Shown: positions 33,325 through 44,450, counted from the stretch's first letter. The stretch: DNA of 59,488 bases from a virus (IMGVR_UViG_3300027849_000014:1-59488); one strand, 5' to 3'. The notes: generated by a model not told the origin, from the sequence alone. Program-made: numbers and translations.

Positions 33325-35259
33325 TTACTTAGTGTTGTAGGCTGAACCAACTCCTTTTCTATCAAGTCTGGTTGTATATGTTGGTGCACCTGAAGCTTTT
33401 CCTCCGTTGTTCTTAATGTATAACGCCTGCTGCACCATAGACTCCTCAGTTCCACTTTGCTTTGTAATGAAGTCTCTTAGCATTTGCATAGAATTACCAC
33501 CCGTTATGTTAATATCTTCAGAGTAAACCGTTATACCTTTAGGGGTTTTGTATTTAACCCTAACGACCTGACCTCTAGTAGCGCCTGTATTGCTTCGTGT
33601 TTCAAGGTTGAATCCAGCTGGCATACTGTCAGTAAACTTAACCACAAAGTTATCGTTAGCATCATCCGCATCGGTTACAGCAGTACTCTTTATGGCAGCT
33701 TCTGTGGTGGTATCAAACTTCGTTTCTAGTATTCTTTTAAAGGCATCACCCTGGCTTTCTGTTGTTGATTGCCCTTGTCTGTTAGCAAAAACGTTTTTAA
33801 TAACACCCTGCGATAGTCTTCTAACACCATCACCTGTACCTCCACCACGACCCATAACAGTCTCTATATCATCTACGCCATGCACAAAGTTACCTAACCT
33901 CGCCCAATCTTCTAGCGTTATATTCTCTGCGTCATAAGGAATAACTTGGTTAAGAGTTGAGTCTTTATAAGTAACCTCAATTTCACCAGTTTTAGTTATG
34001 TCAATAGCTAGTATACTGTCTGAACCATCATTCCTTTTTCCTTTAGCTAAATCAGAGTTTAGTAGGTTAGTTATGGCAGTCCTTTTTTGTTCGTTAGTTC
34101 CATAGTACAACGTGTTCCATGAGCTTACAATTTCATCTTCAGCCTTCTCAATCTTAGTATTATTTTTTGTCGTATCAGTTTTTCTAGGTTCCGTGTAAAC
34201 GCTCTTTGTTTCTTTGTAGTCTAGTTTATTTCTGAAGTTTGTTTGTGCGGTTTTGAATACAGCTGCATTTTGGTCTGTGGTCATATCAACCGTTATTGTT
34301 CCACTTCCATCATCCTTTACTAGAACGTAGTTTTTACCATCCTTCACCTTACCTTTAAGAGCTGGGTCAAGAGTTGGGTAGTATCTGTTTCTGTCTTTAT
34401 CAAACACTAAGCTGTTTGTAAGTATCGACAACGAATGGTATTCGTTACCAGTATAACTCTCAATCATCTCCTTTTCAAACTTCTCAAAATCACTTATTGC
34501 ATCAGTCAGAGCACCGTCTTCGTCACGTCCTCTCTTTGTAGGGTCTAGGAGTGATTCTATAGTTCCTACATAGTTTTCTCCACCTGCATTCCTTATAGCT
34601 GTTGTAAACTCAGCAACATTATCTGCCTCTAGAGTCATTGTTCCATTCAAATCAAACTTATCGTACTGTTGCTTATACCTGTTTCTCATTTGATTAACAG
34701 TCATGTGGTGTTCTGGGCTATTTGATAGCTTTCTTTCGACCCCTTCTCCTACGTAGGTGCCAATACTTACCTGACCGCTTTCCATATTTATAAAAGTTCC
34801 TGCGTTACTAAGATTAGCAAGCCCTTCTATATTCTCCATAAGCATAGACTCAAGTACTTGATTCTCATCATTTTTAAACCTAAGCATTTTTGTATCGTAC
34901 TCCTTTTGGTATTCTTTACTTAATCCAAAAAGGCTGTTAGTGTCGTCCCTTAAATTTTGACGAGCTACAGTATATTGTCTGTCGGACATTATACCATTTT
35001 TAAAAAGCCTATCCTGAATAAGCCTAGCTCTTGATGCGTCTGTTGCATGATTGAGCGCAAAGGTGTTAGCGGTTTTATAGTCGCCAGAAGGAGCCTCATC
35101 CAGTGTAGTCTGATAGTCTATTGAGTCCTGTTCTATTTCGTCTCTTCTGTCCTGTCTATCTTTACCAGCCTTTAAAAGACCATCACTTAGTTCCTTGCCA
35201 ATAGTCTGCCAATCAAGTGCAGTGCTATTTTCTCTCTCTATATATCCGTAGTAGCTCAT
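33325..35259 (-). CDS. Putative internal virion (ejection) protein
   Basis: Position between tail genes and the giant protein; helical N-terminus. Confidence 0.6.
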   Translation of the reverse strand: MSYYGYIERENSTALDWQTIGKELSDGLLKAGKDRQDRRDEIEQDSIDYQTTLDEAPSGDYKTANTFALNHATDASRARLIQDRLFKNGIMSDRQYTVARQNLRDDTNSLFGLSKEYQKEYDTKMLRFKNDENQVLESMLMENIEGLANLSNAGTFINMESGQVSIGTYVGEGVERKLSNSPEHHMTVNQMRNRYKQQYDKFDLNGTMTLEADNVAEFTTAIRNAGGENYVGTIESLLDPTKRGRDEDGALTDAISDFEKFEKEMIESYTGNEYHSLSILTNSLVFDKDRNRYYPTLDPALKGKVKDGKNYVLVKDDGSGTITVDMTTDQNAAVFKTAQTNFRNKLDYKETKSVYTEPRKTDTTKNNTKIEKAEDEIVSSWNTLYYGTNEQKRTAITNLLNSDLAKGKRNDGSDSILAIDITKTGEIEVTYKDSTLNQVIPYDAENITLEDWARLGNFVHGVDDIETVMGRGGGTGDGVRRLSQGVIKNVFANRQGQSTTESQGDAFKRILETKFDTTTEAAIKSTAVTDADDANDNFVVKFTDSMPAGFNLETRSNTGATRGQVVRVKYKTPKGITVYSEDINITGGNSMQMLRDFITKQSGTEESMVQQALYIKNNGGKASGAPTYTTRLDRKGVGSAYNTK

Positions 35260-35270
35260 ATATTATAATA

Positions 35271-36170
35271 CTAATTTTTTAATTTCAACTGATACAACAC
35301 CGAGTCTCTTTGCTCTGGGGTAAGCTCCAGCATAAAGTTCTGAAACTCCGCCTGACTCATGTCCGCAATGTCGGTTAAATCTGTTCTAACAGCCTCCACT
35401 AATTTCGTTTGTTCCACACCATTTTCATCTTTAAAAGTTTTACTGACTTGCTTAGCAGGAAGGTTCCCTCCTAGCTCCAACTTACTTATTTCAGTTTGGT
35501 ATTGAGTTTGCATCCCTGGAAGTTTCTGTGTGTTAAATTCTTTTCTGCTTAAGTCAGAATCTCTTCTCTGTTGCCTGGTATATTTCTTTTGTTTTCTTCC
35601 AAGCTCTTTTGCTTCAGAAGATTTTCCGTAGGTGCTTGCTGTTGCCATGTTTGCACCCTGCATTGCAGCGCTTGCAACGCCCTGCATTGCTGCGGCATTA
35701 CCTGCAGCAGCAGAATCTGATAAAGCAGCGGCTGCTTGCTGAGCACCTGCCACCTCTCCAAGCTTTAACTGAATTCCTATGTCATTTTTTCTAGTTTCCT
35801 CATCAGCCTTAAGTCTTTCTAAATCCATCAGCTCTTGTCCCATTGCTGTCCTCTGTCCTCCTGCTGCTTCAGTTACTCCAGCCTGTACCCTGCTGCTTCC
35901 AGCTAGTACTCCACGCTGGTCTCCCTCGCGGACACTATCCATTTCTGTTTTGGCCGCTGTCTTTAACGCATCTGACTCTCTTTCATAGGCCTCTGTCTGA
36001 ATCGAAAGTGCAGCCATCTCGTTTTTAGTTAAAGCTTTCTCAACTTCCTTCATTGCGATATCCGCTGTTAGTTCTGCTGCTTCTGCTGCTCTCTTATCTT
36101 TACCAGCCTGAATAAAACCCATGGCGGTGGTTCCTACTGTTATTGCTAATGCTGCTATTGCTCCTGACAT
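35271..36170 (-). CDS. Putative internal virion (ejection) protein
   Basis: Hydrophobic Ala/Gly N-terminus and Ala/Gln-rich helices typical of podovirus ejection proteins. Confidence 0.65.
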   Translation of the reverse strand: MSGAIAALAITVGTTAMGFIQAGKDKRAAEAAELTADIAMKEVEKALTKNEMAALSIQTEAYERESDALKTAAKTEMDSVREGDQRGVLAGSSRVQAGVTEAAGGQRTAMGQELMDLERLKADEETRKNDIGIQLKLGEVAGAQQAAAALSDSAAAGNAAAMQGVASAAMQGANMATASTYGKSSEAKELGRKQKKYTRQQRRDSDLSRKEFNTQKLPGMQTQYQTEISKLELGGNLPAKQVSKTFKDENGVEQTKLVEAVRTDLTDIADMSQAEFQNFMLELTPEQRDSVLYQLKLKN

Positions 36171-36682
36171 AATAATTTTTTATTTAGTATAACGTGCTCA
36201 GGAAGTTCTTTATAGTTTTCTGTATAAACCTCTTTCTCAGCTTCCTCTATTGTTGTTGCGTCTGTTCTATAAACACAAACCCAGGTTGTGTCTTCATGGA
36301 TATAAGCAACTCTTTGTGTACCTATATCGGTCATGACCTTCATGGGTCCCTTTATTCTTTTAACCTCTCCTGTGTCTGACACAATAGACATCTCTCCTTT
36401 TAAAAAAAAAGATGGATGACTTTGCTTATGTATAAAGCTAACCACCAGCATACCCTTAGGCATAAATATTTCTCTAGTGTATAACCCGTCTTTCAAGTGA
36501 TGATTAACTGGCATTACCTCATCCATTTCTGGAGTGTGATGCACAACCGAATCCTCATGGGATATAAGTCCCTCCTTAAACAACCTAATGTTTTCCCAAA
36601 GAACACCTCTATGTTTATGAACATGCTCTAGTATATTTTCTGGCTTATTTTTTTTTCTCTTAAACAAACTTAATATACCCAT
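36155..36682 (-). CDS. Cupin-fold phage protein
   Basis: GLYTREIFMPKG...IHKQSH...LKG...GTQRVAYIHEDTTW pattern. Confidence 0.65.
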   Translation of the reverse strand: MGILSLFKRKKNKPENILEHVHKHRGVLWENIRLFKEGLISHEDSVVHHTPEMDEVMPVNHHLKDGLYTREIFMPKGMLVVSFIHKQSHPSFFLKGEMSIVSDTGEVKRIKGPMKVMTDIGTQRVAYIHEDTTWVCVYRTDATTIEEAEKEVYTENYKELPEHVILNKKLLCQEQ

Positions 36683-36690
36683 AGCTTTTA

Positions 36691-36698
36691 CAAAGATA
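36691..36698 (-). promoter_or_regulatory. -7 box TATCTTTG
   Basis: Intergenic TAnnTTTG upstream of 36682. Confidence 0.65.
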
Positions 36699-36704
36699 TG
36701 AATT

Positions 36705-37511
36705 TTATGGGAAACTTTTAAACACTTGACTTTTTACAGCAAACAATTCTGTGGCATTGGTATTGTTGTTTGTTAAAGTGAATTCACAAAAATGACCCAT
36801 CACACCCTGAGACTCTGCTATAGAGTTTTTAATGTATAAGAAATATTCATTATCTGATGGTATAGGTCCTGCTCCTGGAACAACAGTATTAATTACAACC
36901 TTAGACGTTCCATCGTTTAATAGAACAACAGACGTAACTATACCTGCCAGGCTGGGCTGTAGAACCCCTAGAACCTCAACTCCAAAATAAAACGCATCTC
37001 CAATAGACAGCATAGAGTCTATTATAGTTGGGGGAACAAACGTAATCTCTGTCTCTACAAGTCCAACCTGTATACTGTCACTTACACCTATTCCCGTTAG
37101 TGAGCGTAAAGGATATTGGTCTGCGTTTGCTGGAACACTTCCTTCGTTTCTAATGTAAGAGAACCAGTCTCCTTCCTTCTGTTCAAACTCAGAAGAGTTA
37201 ATAAATCCAGTTGTCTGTAAGTCTGTTACAAAAGTTCCTGCCCAAGAATCATCTCCCTCTAGGGCAATTGTTTTAAATTTTTTGTTTTCCAAGGGACCGT
37301 CATTAAATATACTTGTTAGCGTAGACACCCCTTGCTCTCCGTAAAAATTATTTCTTACATCGTTTGTATTGTGCTCGTAAAGGTTACCACCTTTAAAGCT
37401 ATACATAAACTGATTCATTCCTTTTACAATCTCAGGATAGTAAGAATAAAAAGAAGGCCAACCCTTAGAGGATTCGCTGTATGTTAGTGTGTATAAAAAG
37501 TTTTCTTCCAT
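36705..37511 (-). CDS. Tail protein resembling the C-terminal part of a podovirus nozzle/stabilisation protein
   Basis: TLTYSE...GWPSFYSY, NNFYG, KKFKTIALE and KEGDWF motifs. Confidence 0.6.
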   Translation of the reverse strand: MEENFLYTLTYSESSKGWPSFYSYYPEIVKGMNQFMYSFKGGNLYEHNTNDVRNNFYGEQGVSTLTSIFNDGPLENKKFKTIALEGDDSWAGTFVTDLQTTGFINSSEFEQKEGDWFSYIRNEGSVPANADQYPLRSLTGIGVSDSIQVGLVETEITFVPPTIIDSMLSIGDAFYFGVEVLGVLQPSLAGIVTSVVLLNDGTSKVVINTVVPGAGPIPSDNEYFLYIKNSIAESQGVMGHFCEFTLTNNNTNATELFAVKSQVFKSFP

Positions 37512-37520
37512 ATTTTTAAA

Positions 37521-38006
37521 TTAAACAGTGTCACATGCATATCCTATTCCACATTCTAGAATATTTACAATGAACTGACCTTCCATCTCTAATATTTTAA
37601 AACTAGTTGAAGGGCTGGAGGTATTCCCTACAAACTCTGATACAGCATAAAAACCATCCTGGCCATCAGGGAGCAGCGGTTCAACTATTTCATCTCCAAG
37701 AACTATTTGAGTATAGCTATTACCAGAAACAGTAGTAAACTCTACGTCTATATCATAATTAGCAGCGAGCTGGCAAAAAGTATTGCAGGGGTCTTCCTCT
37801 ATTAGAACCCTAAAGAAGCTAGGCGGAACACACTCCTCTGGACAATTCTGAGCAGGCTGTAAAACACAGTTAATCAGCTCACGCGCAATGTTCTCGTCAG
37901 AATAAAATCCATCAGGGGCACAGGTATCCATTCCAATATCTGTAAAGATGGCAGTTGATGACGCAAGGTCGGGTCCGTTTAGGTAATATGTTTCAAGCTG
38001 TGGCAT
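37521..38006 (-). CDS. Cys-rich virion-associated protein
   Basis: APDGFYSD / DGFYA internal repeat; multiple Cys; tail operon. Confidence 0.6.
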   Translation of the reverse strand: MPQLETYYLNGPDLASSTAIFTDIGMDTCAPDGFYSDENIARELINCVLQPAQNCPEECVPPSFFRVLIEEDPCNTFCQLAANYDIDVEFTTVSGNSYTQIVLGDEIVEPLLPDGQDGFYAVSEFVGNTSSPSTSFKILEMEGQFIVNILECGIGYACDTV

Positions 38007-38017
38007 TATATTTTATT

Positions 38018-41000
38018 TTAAGGTTCTTGACAATCGCAGCAAGCGTTCTGAAGGCTTGATGTTGAATAGCATAAGCTTGCAGGTGTTGACTGCCTGTAGT
38101 CGTATACTAAATATAAATTTCCTCCCGTCACTGGCATTATAAATTCTCCAGAATAAACTGTCGGTGCCTGGCTAACATTCAAAGGAAGCGGAGCTCCTGC
38201 ATCATTTAGTAAGCTTGCTATCCCAGCAGGTGTTGGCGGATAATTTGTGCTTGTGCTTAAGGAGTAAAATGAATCTTGAGCAGGGTCGAACACAAAACTA
38301 TCCGTTGGTCTCTTGTTAGATATAATACTTACCTGAGCTCCGTTAGCAGGAACAACACCTGCCCCTTGTGGAGCTACTATGTTTGTATATTGACTTATAA
38401 CAAAGGTGCCTGTATCGTCTAAAAATGTAACCTGCTCGCTATGAAGCGGTGATACAAACGTGCCGTCTGTCCATCTATATTCATTATGTATATTGTTACC
38501 AGCATCAGGTTTGTTTGTTAAACATATCTGATACACCCTAATGGTTGACGGAGCAGGACAAGCAAGCCTAACTGTTAAAGAAGAGTTTTTCTTACCCTCA
38601 ATAAACACTGTTGCTGTGTTTTGTGAAACACTGTTCTTGTCAAAAATCCATCCAGTTGTTCCGTTACTTAGAACGGTAGTAGGGACAACGTCAACAGAGT
38701 TATATCTAACCCTAATAGAACTAAGCTCAGAACCTGATGGTGTCTGTGCGGTTACGGTCAAAGCCGTATCTCCAACTACTGTACCTAGGTCTAAGCAGTA
38801 CTCAACAGATTTATCATTATTAAAAGTAAACTCTCTATTGATGCCACAGGCAATACACTCCTCTTCTGAAGGCAGCTCTGTTGGATTCATACTAAGAACA
38901 TACTCGTTCATGTACGGGTCAAACCCTCCAATTTTTTGATAATTGATACTTGATATAAACCTGTCTCTAAACCAAGACCTCATTCCTGATTCAGACACAA
39001 CTGTTAATTGTTCATTAGAACCTGAGGACCCTGTTAGTTTTATAACAGCTCCCCTTTTAGCGTCTGTAAAATACTTATCAAACCCCCAGGAACAGAAGCT
39101 CTCAGGGTTTCTAGATATTCCGTACTCTTCAATCCTAGCTATCTGTGTTCCTAGCACCTCTGGTATAGAGGCAACTGTACCTCCTCCAACTGAGTCGCTA
39201 ATCAGGTTCTTACCTGCTAACACATAAGATATCTTATCCTCTTGAAGCACAAGTATATCGGTTTCCCTACCGCTTAATTTTTCAATAGGTCCGTATACAT
39301 CCTCAAGCGGCTTAAAGTTTAGTAGCCCTAGGTTAAATTCATTAAGCTTATTTACATTACTCTCATCATTGTATACGCCACTATATGTTAGGTCTGAAAA
39401 ACGATGTGCCTGTCTAAACTCTACCTCAGATGTAGAGGTAGTTCTTTCGCCTAAAGAAAATTCTTTACCCACAACAGAGTCACGAATCCTATAGCTCTCA
39501 ACCCCGTTACCAAAAGAAAAACAATTAAAGAAATCAGTTTTAATAATAGCTGGCTGAGTCGCTGTCTGATTCTGTATATTACCTTCGTGTGTTCCAGTAT
39601 CTTTATCAATACTATAAACATCAGCTGACTCATACCATAAATCAGGAGTTGCATCCTGTGGTTCTGTTTCAAAAACTAGCGTGGTCTCAGCCCTGAACAC
39701 TTCAATTGTAGCGTCAATACATGCGCGTCTTTTCTGACTATTTGCAGCACCTGCACAGCTATTAGTACCTACAAGGCCTAGGGACAATGAATTTGTAGGG
39801 TCTCCTGCAGTCCCACTTTCATCACCTTCTATAAACTGCCATTGATAAATACATCTATCCGCAGGCATCTGTCCATCCCCTGGAACTCGTAGGACTGGGT
39901 CATAGTAATTAGCAAAGTAAGGAGGAGGACAATCCTGGTCTCCAGCAACTTCAACCCTACCGCCATCAAGTCTTGACGCGATGTTGTCTCCATCAAAAAA
40001 CTCTTTGAAATTATCATAGTCCTGAGAGGCTACCAATTTAAGCTCTAGTATATACGCTCTTTTTTCACACTTTCCGTTAGTACCGTTCCTGTTAAATGTA
40101 ACATTTATATTTACCCTAGACCCCTGAGGTATGTCGTACTGTAAATAGAGTCCAGGATTATCTACATCTGGAATACTTACAGGGTATGACAGTCTTGGGT
40201 GCTCACCTTTTCTTTGTCCACAATTGCTTTTTGCCCCTTCTAATATAAATGGAAGCTCAGCCTCTACTACCGTAAAGTCATTAGGAATAATTTTCATGTA
40301 AGTCCCTGCAGGTATTGGAATCTCTTGACCCCCTGAAAACTGTGGCGCAGGGACTATAAAATTTCTAGTCTCAGCAGTCTTGGTTAATACGGTAGCGTAC
40401 TGACATCTAGATGTTACACCACTTGTATCAGCCTTTACCCTTAGCCTATCTCCTTCCTGAACCTTTCTTGCGTTCTCACCCTCTAATAAAAAGAATACCG
40501 CAGATGTTGTAGTGTCAGCTATAAAAAGATTTGAATACACTGTATTGTAATCTTCAAAGTCAGGCTTCATAACAAACTTATATCTATCAGCCCAAGAAGG
40601 CGCAAGCTGTTCTTGTGGAATAGTTACCTGTACAGAGTTCTGGGTTGCAGATTTTGAGCATCCTACATGAACTGTGTTCTGTGGGCTAACCAAGGCTGTA
40701 CTAGAACGATTAAACTCATCCATATATACTATACCTATCTCATAATCTCTATCGCTATGAAGACTCTTTGGGTTTCCTGTACTTATAAACGTACCGCTTG
40801 ATGAAGATACCTGGTAGTACTCGTATACATTAAATGTTGGATTAGCTAAATCATCAACAAACCTCATAGCAATAGGAACAATACCTATCTCTGTACTTGA
40901 CGGAGAACTTATTATTGTTATTGGTTGTCCTTCTCCACTAATACCACTAGCAAATTTACTTAACGCATCTAGGTTGTTAGGTATCGTACAGTTAAAGTTA

Positions 41001-42475
41001 TCTGTTACGGTGCTACCGTCACAAGAGGTTTCATTCCCTGGCACACTATCATACACAGGTTTTATATTGGCTGCGGTTCCTAGTAAATTAACAAACGATG
41101 GGTCAATAGATAGTTCATAAACACTGTTAAAATCAACAGGAAGGTTAAAAGAAAAGTCTAGCTCTAAGTTACTTGATGTCTGAGTTGGTGCAGGTGTGTC
41201 TCCACTGAAGCCTTGATGCCCATATCTAATCTCAAAAAATAAAGTTGTTCCTGCTTTTAGCTCAACATCAGCAAGGTCAAAAAATGCCGCTGCATTTGGT
41301 GTGCTTCTCTGAACATCAATAGAGTAAATATAAGCAATGCTAAAGTCTGGAAATTCTCCTATCCCAATCTCTTCAGAAATAAGTTCTGTAAAATATTCTA
41401 GTTTTATGGGGTTCAGATTCAAGTCCTCCAGGTCATACCCGTCCACATAGTTTCCGTATATTAAACGGTTACCCATAACTGTCTGAGCCTGAGCCTTTAG
41501 CGGCACATTGTCAAACATTCTAACAAGCTGCGTTGCGTTAAGAACTGTATATATTTTACTATTGTTAAAGCTTAAAATATAGTTAGTGTTGTCTGCGTAT
41601 CCTAAGTTTTGTTTATTAAATAACTCAATTGACTTTATAACATTGCTTGTGGTTTCTTTGAAGACAACCTCTACAGATTTCACCAACCTTCCCCCACTAT
41701 TGAATGTAACATTGGCGCTGTTAAAAGCGTTTACCATTCCTTCATTTAAACCTGAGTCTATAGTATACTCAAAGCTCTTAGGCACAAATGCAGGTTCGCA
41801 AAACTGAGACAATGCAGAGTACTCTCCGTCCTCATATCTATATCTGTATGCAAATGTTATAAATCTTTCTTCTAAAAAATTTTCTTCACCAGAAACATTA
41901 ACCAGCTCAAAAGTTGGTGCCTGTGTAGGCGGCTTTTTAATAACCAACAATTGTTCAGCTAGGTCTGGAGCTACTGAATCATAATTTCTTTTTATGTTTA
42001 TAACCCTAGGCTGGTTGTAGTTGTCTGTCCAGAACAACAGGTCTTCAACTCTGTTAACGCCTGTGATTAAATATCTAGAATTAAAATTAAGAACTGATAT
42101 CTCGTCTGGAACTAAAGGACTTGAAGTTGTTACAACATGATATGTAAGCAGTGTTTGTGTTACGTTAAAAGATACCACTAGGTCAGCTATCCCACCATTA
42201 AAGGATGAGTCATGAATAAACCAGTATATAGTTTCTCTTTGTCCGTCTTCAAAAGCACCTATACACTTAGCCTGTTCGCTTAACGGAGTCCCGTTTATAC
42301 TTAAATTAGTCAGTCTGGTATTTCCTTTTGCGTTTTCAACAGAGCCTACCTCTGAGTCTTCTGTAGAACCAAGCCTTACGTTTAACGCATCAATATACTC
42401 ACCGTTAGGCAATAAGCGTTCATCAACGCTCTTGTTCATTCGACCTGCAATAAAATTTCTAGTAATTTCTGCCAT
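38018..42475 (-). CDS. Tail nozzle/stabilisation protein (1485 aa)
   Basis: GRMNKSVDERL..GEYIDALN, LFWTDNYNQPR, NRLIYGNY and YGISRNPES motifs typical of Bacteroidota podovirus nozzle proteins. Confidence 0.75.
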   Translation of the reverse strand: MAEITRNFIAGRMNKSVDERLLPNGEYIDALNVRLGSTEDSEVGSVENAKGNTRLTNLSINGTPLSEQAKCIGAFEDGQRETIYWFIHDSSFNGGIADLVVSFNVTQTLLTYHVVTTSSPLVPDEISVLNFNSRYLITGVNRVEDLLFWTDNYNQPRVINIKRNYDSVAPDLAEQLLVIKKPPTQAPTFELVNVSGEENFLEERFITFAYRYRYEDGEYSALSQFCEPAFVPKSFEYTIDSGLNEGMVNAFNSANVTFNSGGRLVKSVEVVFKETTSNVIKSIELFNKQNLGYADNTNYILSFNNSKIYTVLNATQLVRMFDNVPLKAQAQTVMGNRLIYGNYVDGYDLEDLNLNPIKLEYFTELISEEIGIGEFPDFSIAYIYSIDVQRSTPNAAAFFDLADVELKAGTTLFFEIRYGHQGFSGDTPAPTQTSSNLELDFSFNLPVDFNSVYELSIDPSFVNLLGTAANIKPVYDSVPGNETSCDGSTVTDNFNCTIPNNLDALSKFASGISGEGQPITIISSPSSTEIGIVPIAMRFVDDLANPTFNVYEYYQVSSSSGTFISTGNPKSLHSDRDYEIGIVYMDEFNRSSTALVSPQNTVHVGCSKSATQNSVQVTIPQEQLAPSWADRYKFVMKPDFEDYNTVYSNLFIADTTTSAVFFLLEGENARKVQEGDRLRVKADTSGVTSRCQYATVLTKTAETRNFIVPAPQFSGGQEIPIPAGTYMKIIPNDFTVVEAELPFILEGAKSNCGQRKGEHPRLSYPVSIPDVDNPGLYLQYDIPQGSRVNINVTFNRNGTNGKCEKRAYILELKLVASQDYDNFKEFFDGDNIASRLDGGRVEVAGDQDCPPPYFANYYDPVLRVPGDGQMPADRCIYQWQFIEGDESGTAGDPTNSLSLGLVGTNSCAGAANSQKRRACIDATIEVFRAETTLVFETEPQDATPDLWYESADVYSIDKDTGTHEGNIQNQTATQPAIIKTDFFNCFSFGNGVESYRIRDSVVGKEFSLGERTTSTSEVEFRQAHRFSDLTYSGVYNDESNVNKLNEFNLGLLNFKPLEDVYGPIEKLSGRETDILVLQEDKISYVLAGKNLISDSVGGGTVASIPEVLGTQIARIEEYGISRNPESFCSWGFDKYFTDAKRGAVIKLTGSSGSNEQLTVVSESGMRSWFRDRFISSINYQKIGGFDPYMNEYVLSMNPTELPSEEECIACGINREFTFNNDKSVEYCLDLGTVVGDTALTVTAQTPSGSELSSIRVRYNSVDVVPTTVLSNGTTGWIFDKNSVSQNTATVFIEGKKNSSLTVRLACPAPSTIRVYQICLTNKPDAGNNIHNEYRWTDGTFVSPLHSEQVTFLDDTGTFVISQYTNIVAPQGAGVVPANGAQVSIISNKRPTDSFVFDPAQDSFYSLSTSTNYPPTPAGIASLLNDAGAPLPLNVSQAPTVYSGEFIMPVTGGNLYLVYDYRQSTPASLCYSTSSLQNACCDCQEP

Positions 42476-42477
42476 GT

Positions 42478-43401
42478 TTATTTAATCCACTTATCCATAC
42501 CTCTGATGTTCTGTAATAAACGACCAGGGTGTATATTGCTAATTCTTAATTTAGCGTTACGTAACAGGGCTGAACTTCTTTTTCTAGCTCTACTCACAAC
42601 GTATTCTGTTACTCCAAACTTTCCATTCAATATAGCAAACTGAATATAAGCGTAAACATATTCTTCAAATAGTTTATTAACACTTATCAAGGTATCATCT
42701 CCGCCCTCCATTCCGTCTGACACATACTCTAGTATACAAAGCTCTCCTGCCATATCAGAGCTAAAGTTTATAACGCCAGCTTTTTTGTTTATTTTAAATG
42801 TTGGATTAGAGTTTGCTGTCTCTGTGTTTAATCCAAACGCTCCTCCAATACCATAATCAAAATACCAGGCTCCATCAATACAGTATCCTTCTCTGTTATT
42901 GTAGGGGCTGCTCTGGTTTAGGTAAATACTTCTTTTAGTTCCTTCTATTCTTTGAAGGTCTATCGTGGACGTAGACGGCTTTAAAATGTTTCCGTCCTCA
43001 TCGAATAATATTCTACAATCATTGTCCTGTAGGTATGCGCTGCTCCAGTTAGTTTGGATGTTCTCAGTTAAAGGCCTAAGAACACCATCTTTATATAAAG
43101 ATATTCTTACCCAGTTTACATAGTCTGAAGGCAGAACATACCTGAGCGTGTCACACACGTCAAGTTCAAGTATCTTTAATTCTTTAAAAGCATCGTAGTT
43201 AAGTTCCTGTACAGCTCTCTTCGCGTGAAACAATACTCTATATCTTTCTTCGTTGTTTATTAAACTATGGTTGCCTGCGTACATTAACATAAAGTTGTTA
43301 ACTATATCGTACAGACTTACGTATTGGTATGACCCCCAGTTAGCATCTTCTGGTGAGTTTCCATTATTTTCATAGTACTGATATTCGCTTAGGTATGACA
43401 T
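42478..43401 (-). CDS. Putative tail ring/adaptor protein
   Basis: LPSDYVNWVRI and LEYVSDG motifs; synteny. Confidence 0.65.
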   Translation of the reverse strand: MSYLSEYQYYENNGNSPEDANWGSYQYVSLYDIVNNFMLMYAGNHSLINNEERYRVLFHAKRAVQELNYDAFKELKILELDVCDTLRYVLPSDYVNWVRISLYKDGVLRPLTENIQTNWSSAYLQDNDCRILFDEDGNILKPSTSTIDLQRIEGTKRSIYLNQSSPYNNREGYCIDGAWYFDYGIGGAFGLNTETANSNPTFKINKKAGVINFSSDMAGELCILEYVSDGMEGGDDTLISVNKLFEEYVYAYIQFAILNGKFGVTEYVVSRARKRSSALLRNAKLRISNIHPGRLLQNIRGMDKWIK

Positions 43402-44432
43402 TATTTTTCGTTTTGATTATCTGTTGTATCTAGAACCTGTCCAAACTGAGCAATTTCAGTTTCTCTAATAGACATTCCTGCATACTGTAGTATCTTATTA
43501 ACTAAAGACGGCTCATCATCAAGGGGTAATTCAAAATCCTGATACAAAGGACTAGAAGGATTAAAAGCAGGTGTGCCTCCAACAAGTGATGCGTATGTCC
43601 ATTTCGGGTCTTTCGGGTATCTTATGTACTGACACAGAATTCTACCTAAAGAAGTCTGACCTTCGTTTACACCAACCTGTAAATCCTGTGGGTAAACTTG
43701 AATCACAGTATTATTATTAGAATATGCAGGAAATAATTCTGTTGGCTTAGTCAGGTTAGACATGTTCAATTGAGTTATCTTTCTATTGGTAACCTTCTCG
43801 CAGTCGTTCACTCCATTTGATAAACTTAATATGCAGTAGCTATCCCCTGTAGCTGAAAAAATATCTGCGTCTAAATACAAAAGGCTAGTGTCTGTTTGGT
43901 CTACGAATAATACGCTTGCAACTTTACTTGTCGTTTTATTAACCACAACATCGCTAGGCTTTACGCCAATGGTTGAAAAATTTAAAGCTGAATCTTTCAT
44001 CGTGTTTACAGCAACTAAAGATAAAGTGTTCGTACTTTGAACAACAAGGTACTTAGTTAAAAGTAAAACCTTATTAATTAAATAATAATCAGAGCCTGTA
44101 GTGGGAGTAGTAGGGACGCTATATGATGCAGATGCAGATGGCAATGTCAATGTTTGAGCAGTCCCGTTTGCATATACAGGAACTAGAAAGTTTTGTTCTG
44201 AAAATATATCTATCGCTTCCTCGTAACCTCTCGTTAAATCAGCTAAGCCAATACCAGACGCTCTGGCGTTCTCCTTCATGAGCTGATAGTTATACTGATA
44301 AAAGTAGTCTTCAAAAATATCTAGCTGCGCTTGCTTAGCGTATAAGTTAAAATCACTAGGCGTAATATAGCCATAGTTATTTTTATTAAGAACCGACAGC
44401 ACCGTTTCTCGTACTGAATTTATTATACTCAT
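43401..44432 (-). CDS. Putative head-tail adaptor/ring protein
   Basis: LNKNNYGYITPSDFN, YIRYPKDPKW and DFELP motifs; synteny. Confidence 0.65.
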   Translation of the reverse strand: MSIINSVRETVLSVLNKNNYGYITPSDFNLYAKQAQLDIFEDYFYQYNYQLMKENARASGIGLADLTRGYEEAIDIFSEQNFLVPVYANGTAQTLTLPSASASYSVPTTPTTGSDYYLINKVLLLTKYLVVQSTNTLSLVAVNTMKDSALNFSTIGVKPSDVVVNKTTSKVASVLFVDQTDTSLLYLDADIFSATGDSYCILSLSNGVNDCEKVTNRKITQLNMSNLTKPTELFPAYSNNNTVIQVYPQDLQVGVNEGQTSLGRILCQYIRYPKDPKWTYASLVGGTPAFNPSSPLYQDFELPLDDEPSLVNKILQYAGMSIRETEIAQFGQVLDTTDNQNEK

Positions 44433-44450
44433 CTGTCTATTTATTTACAG

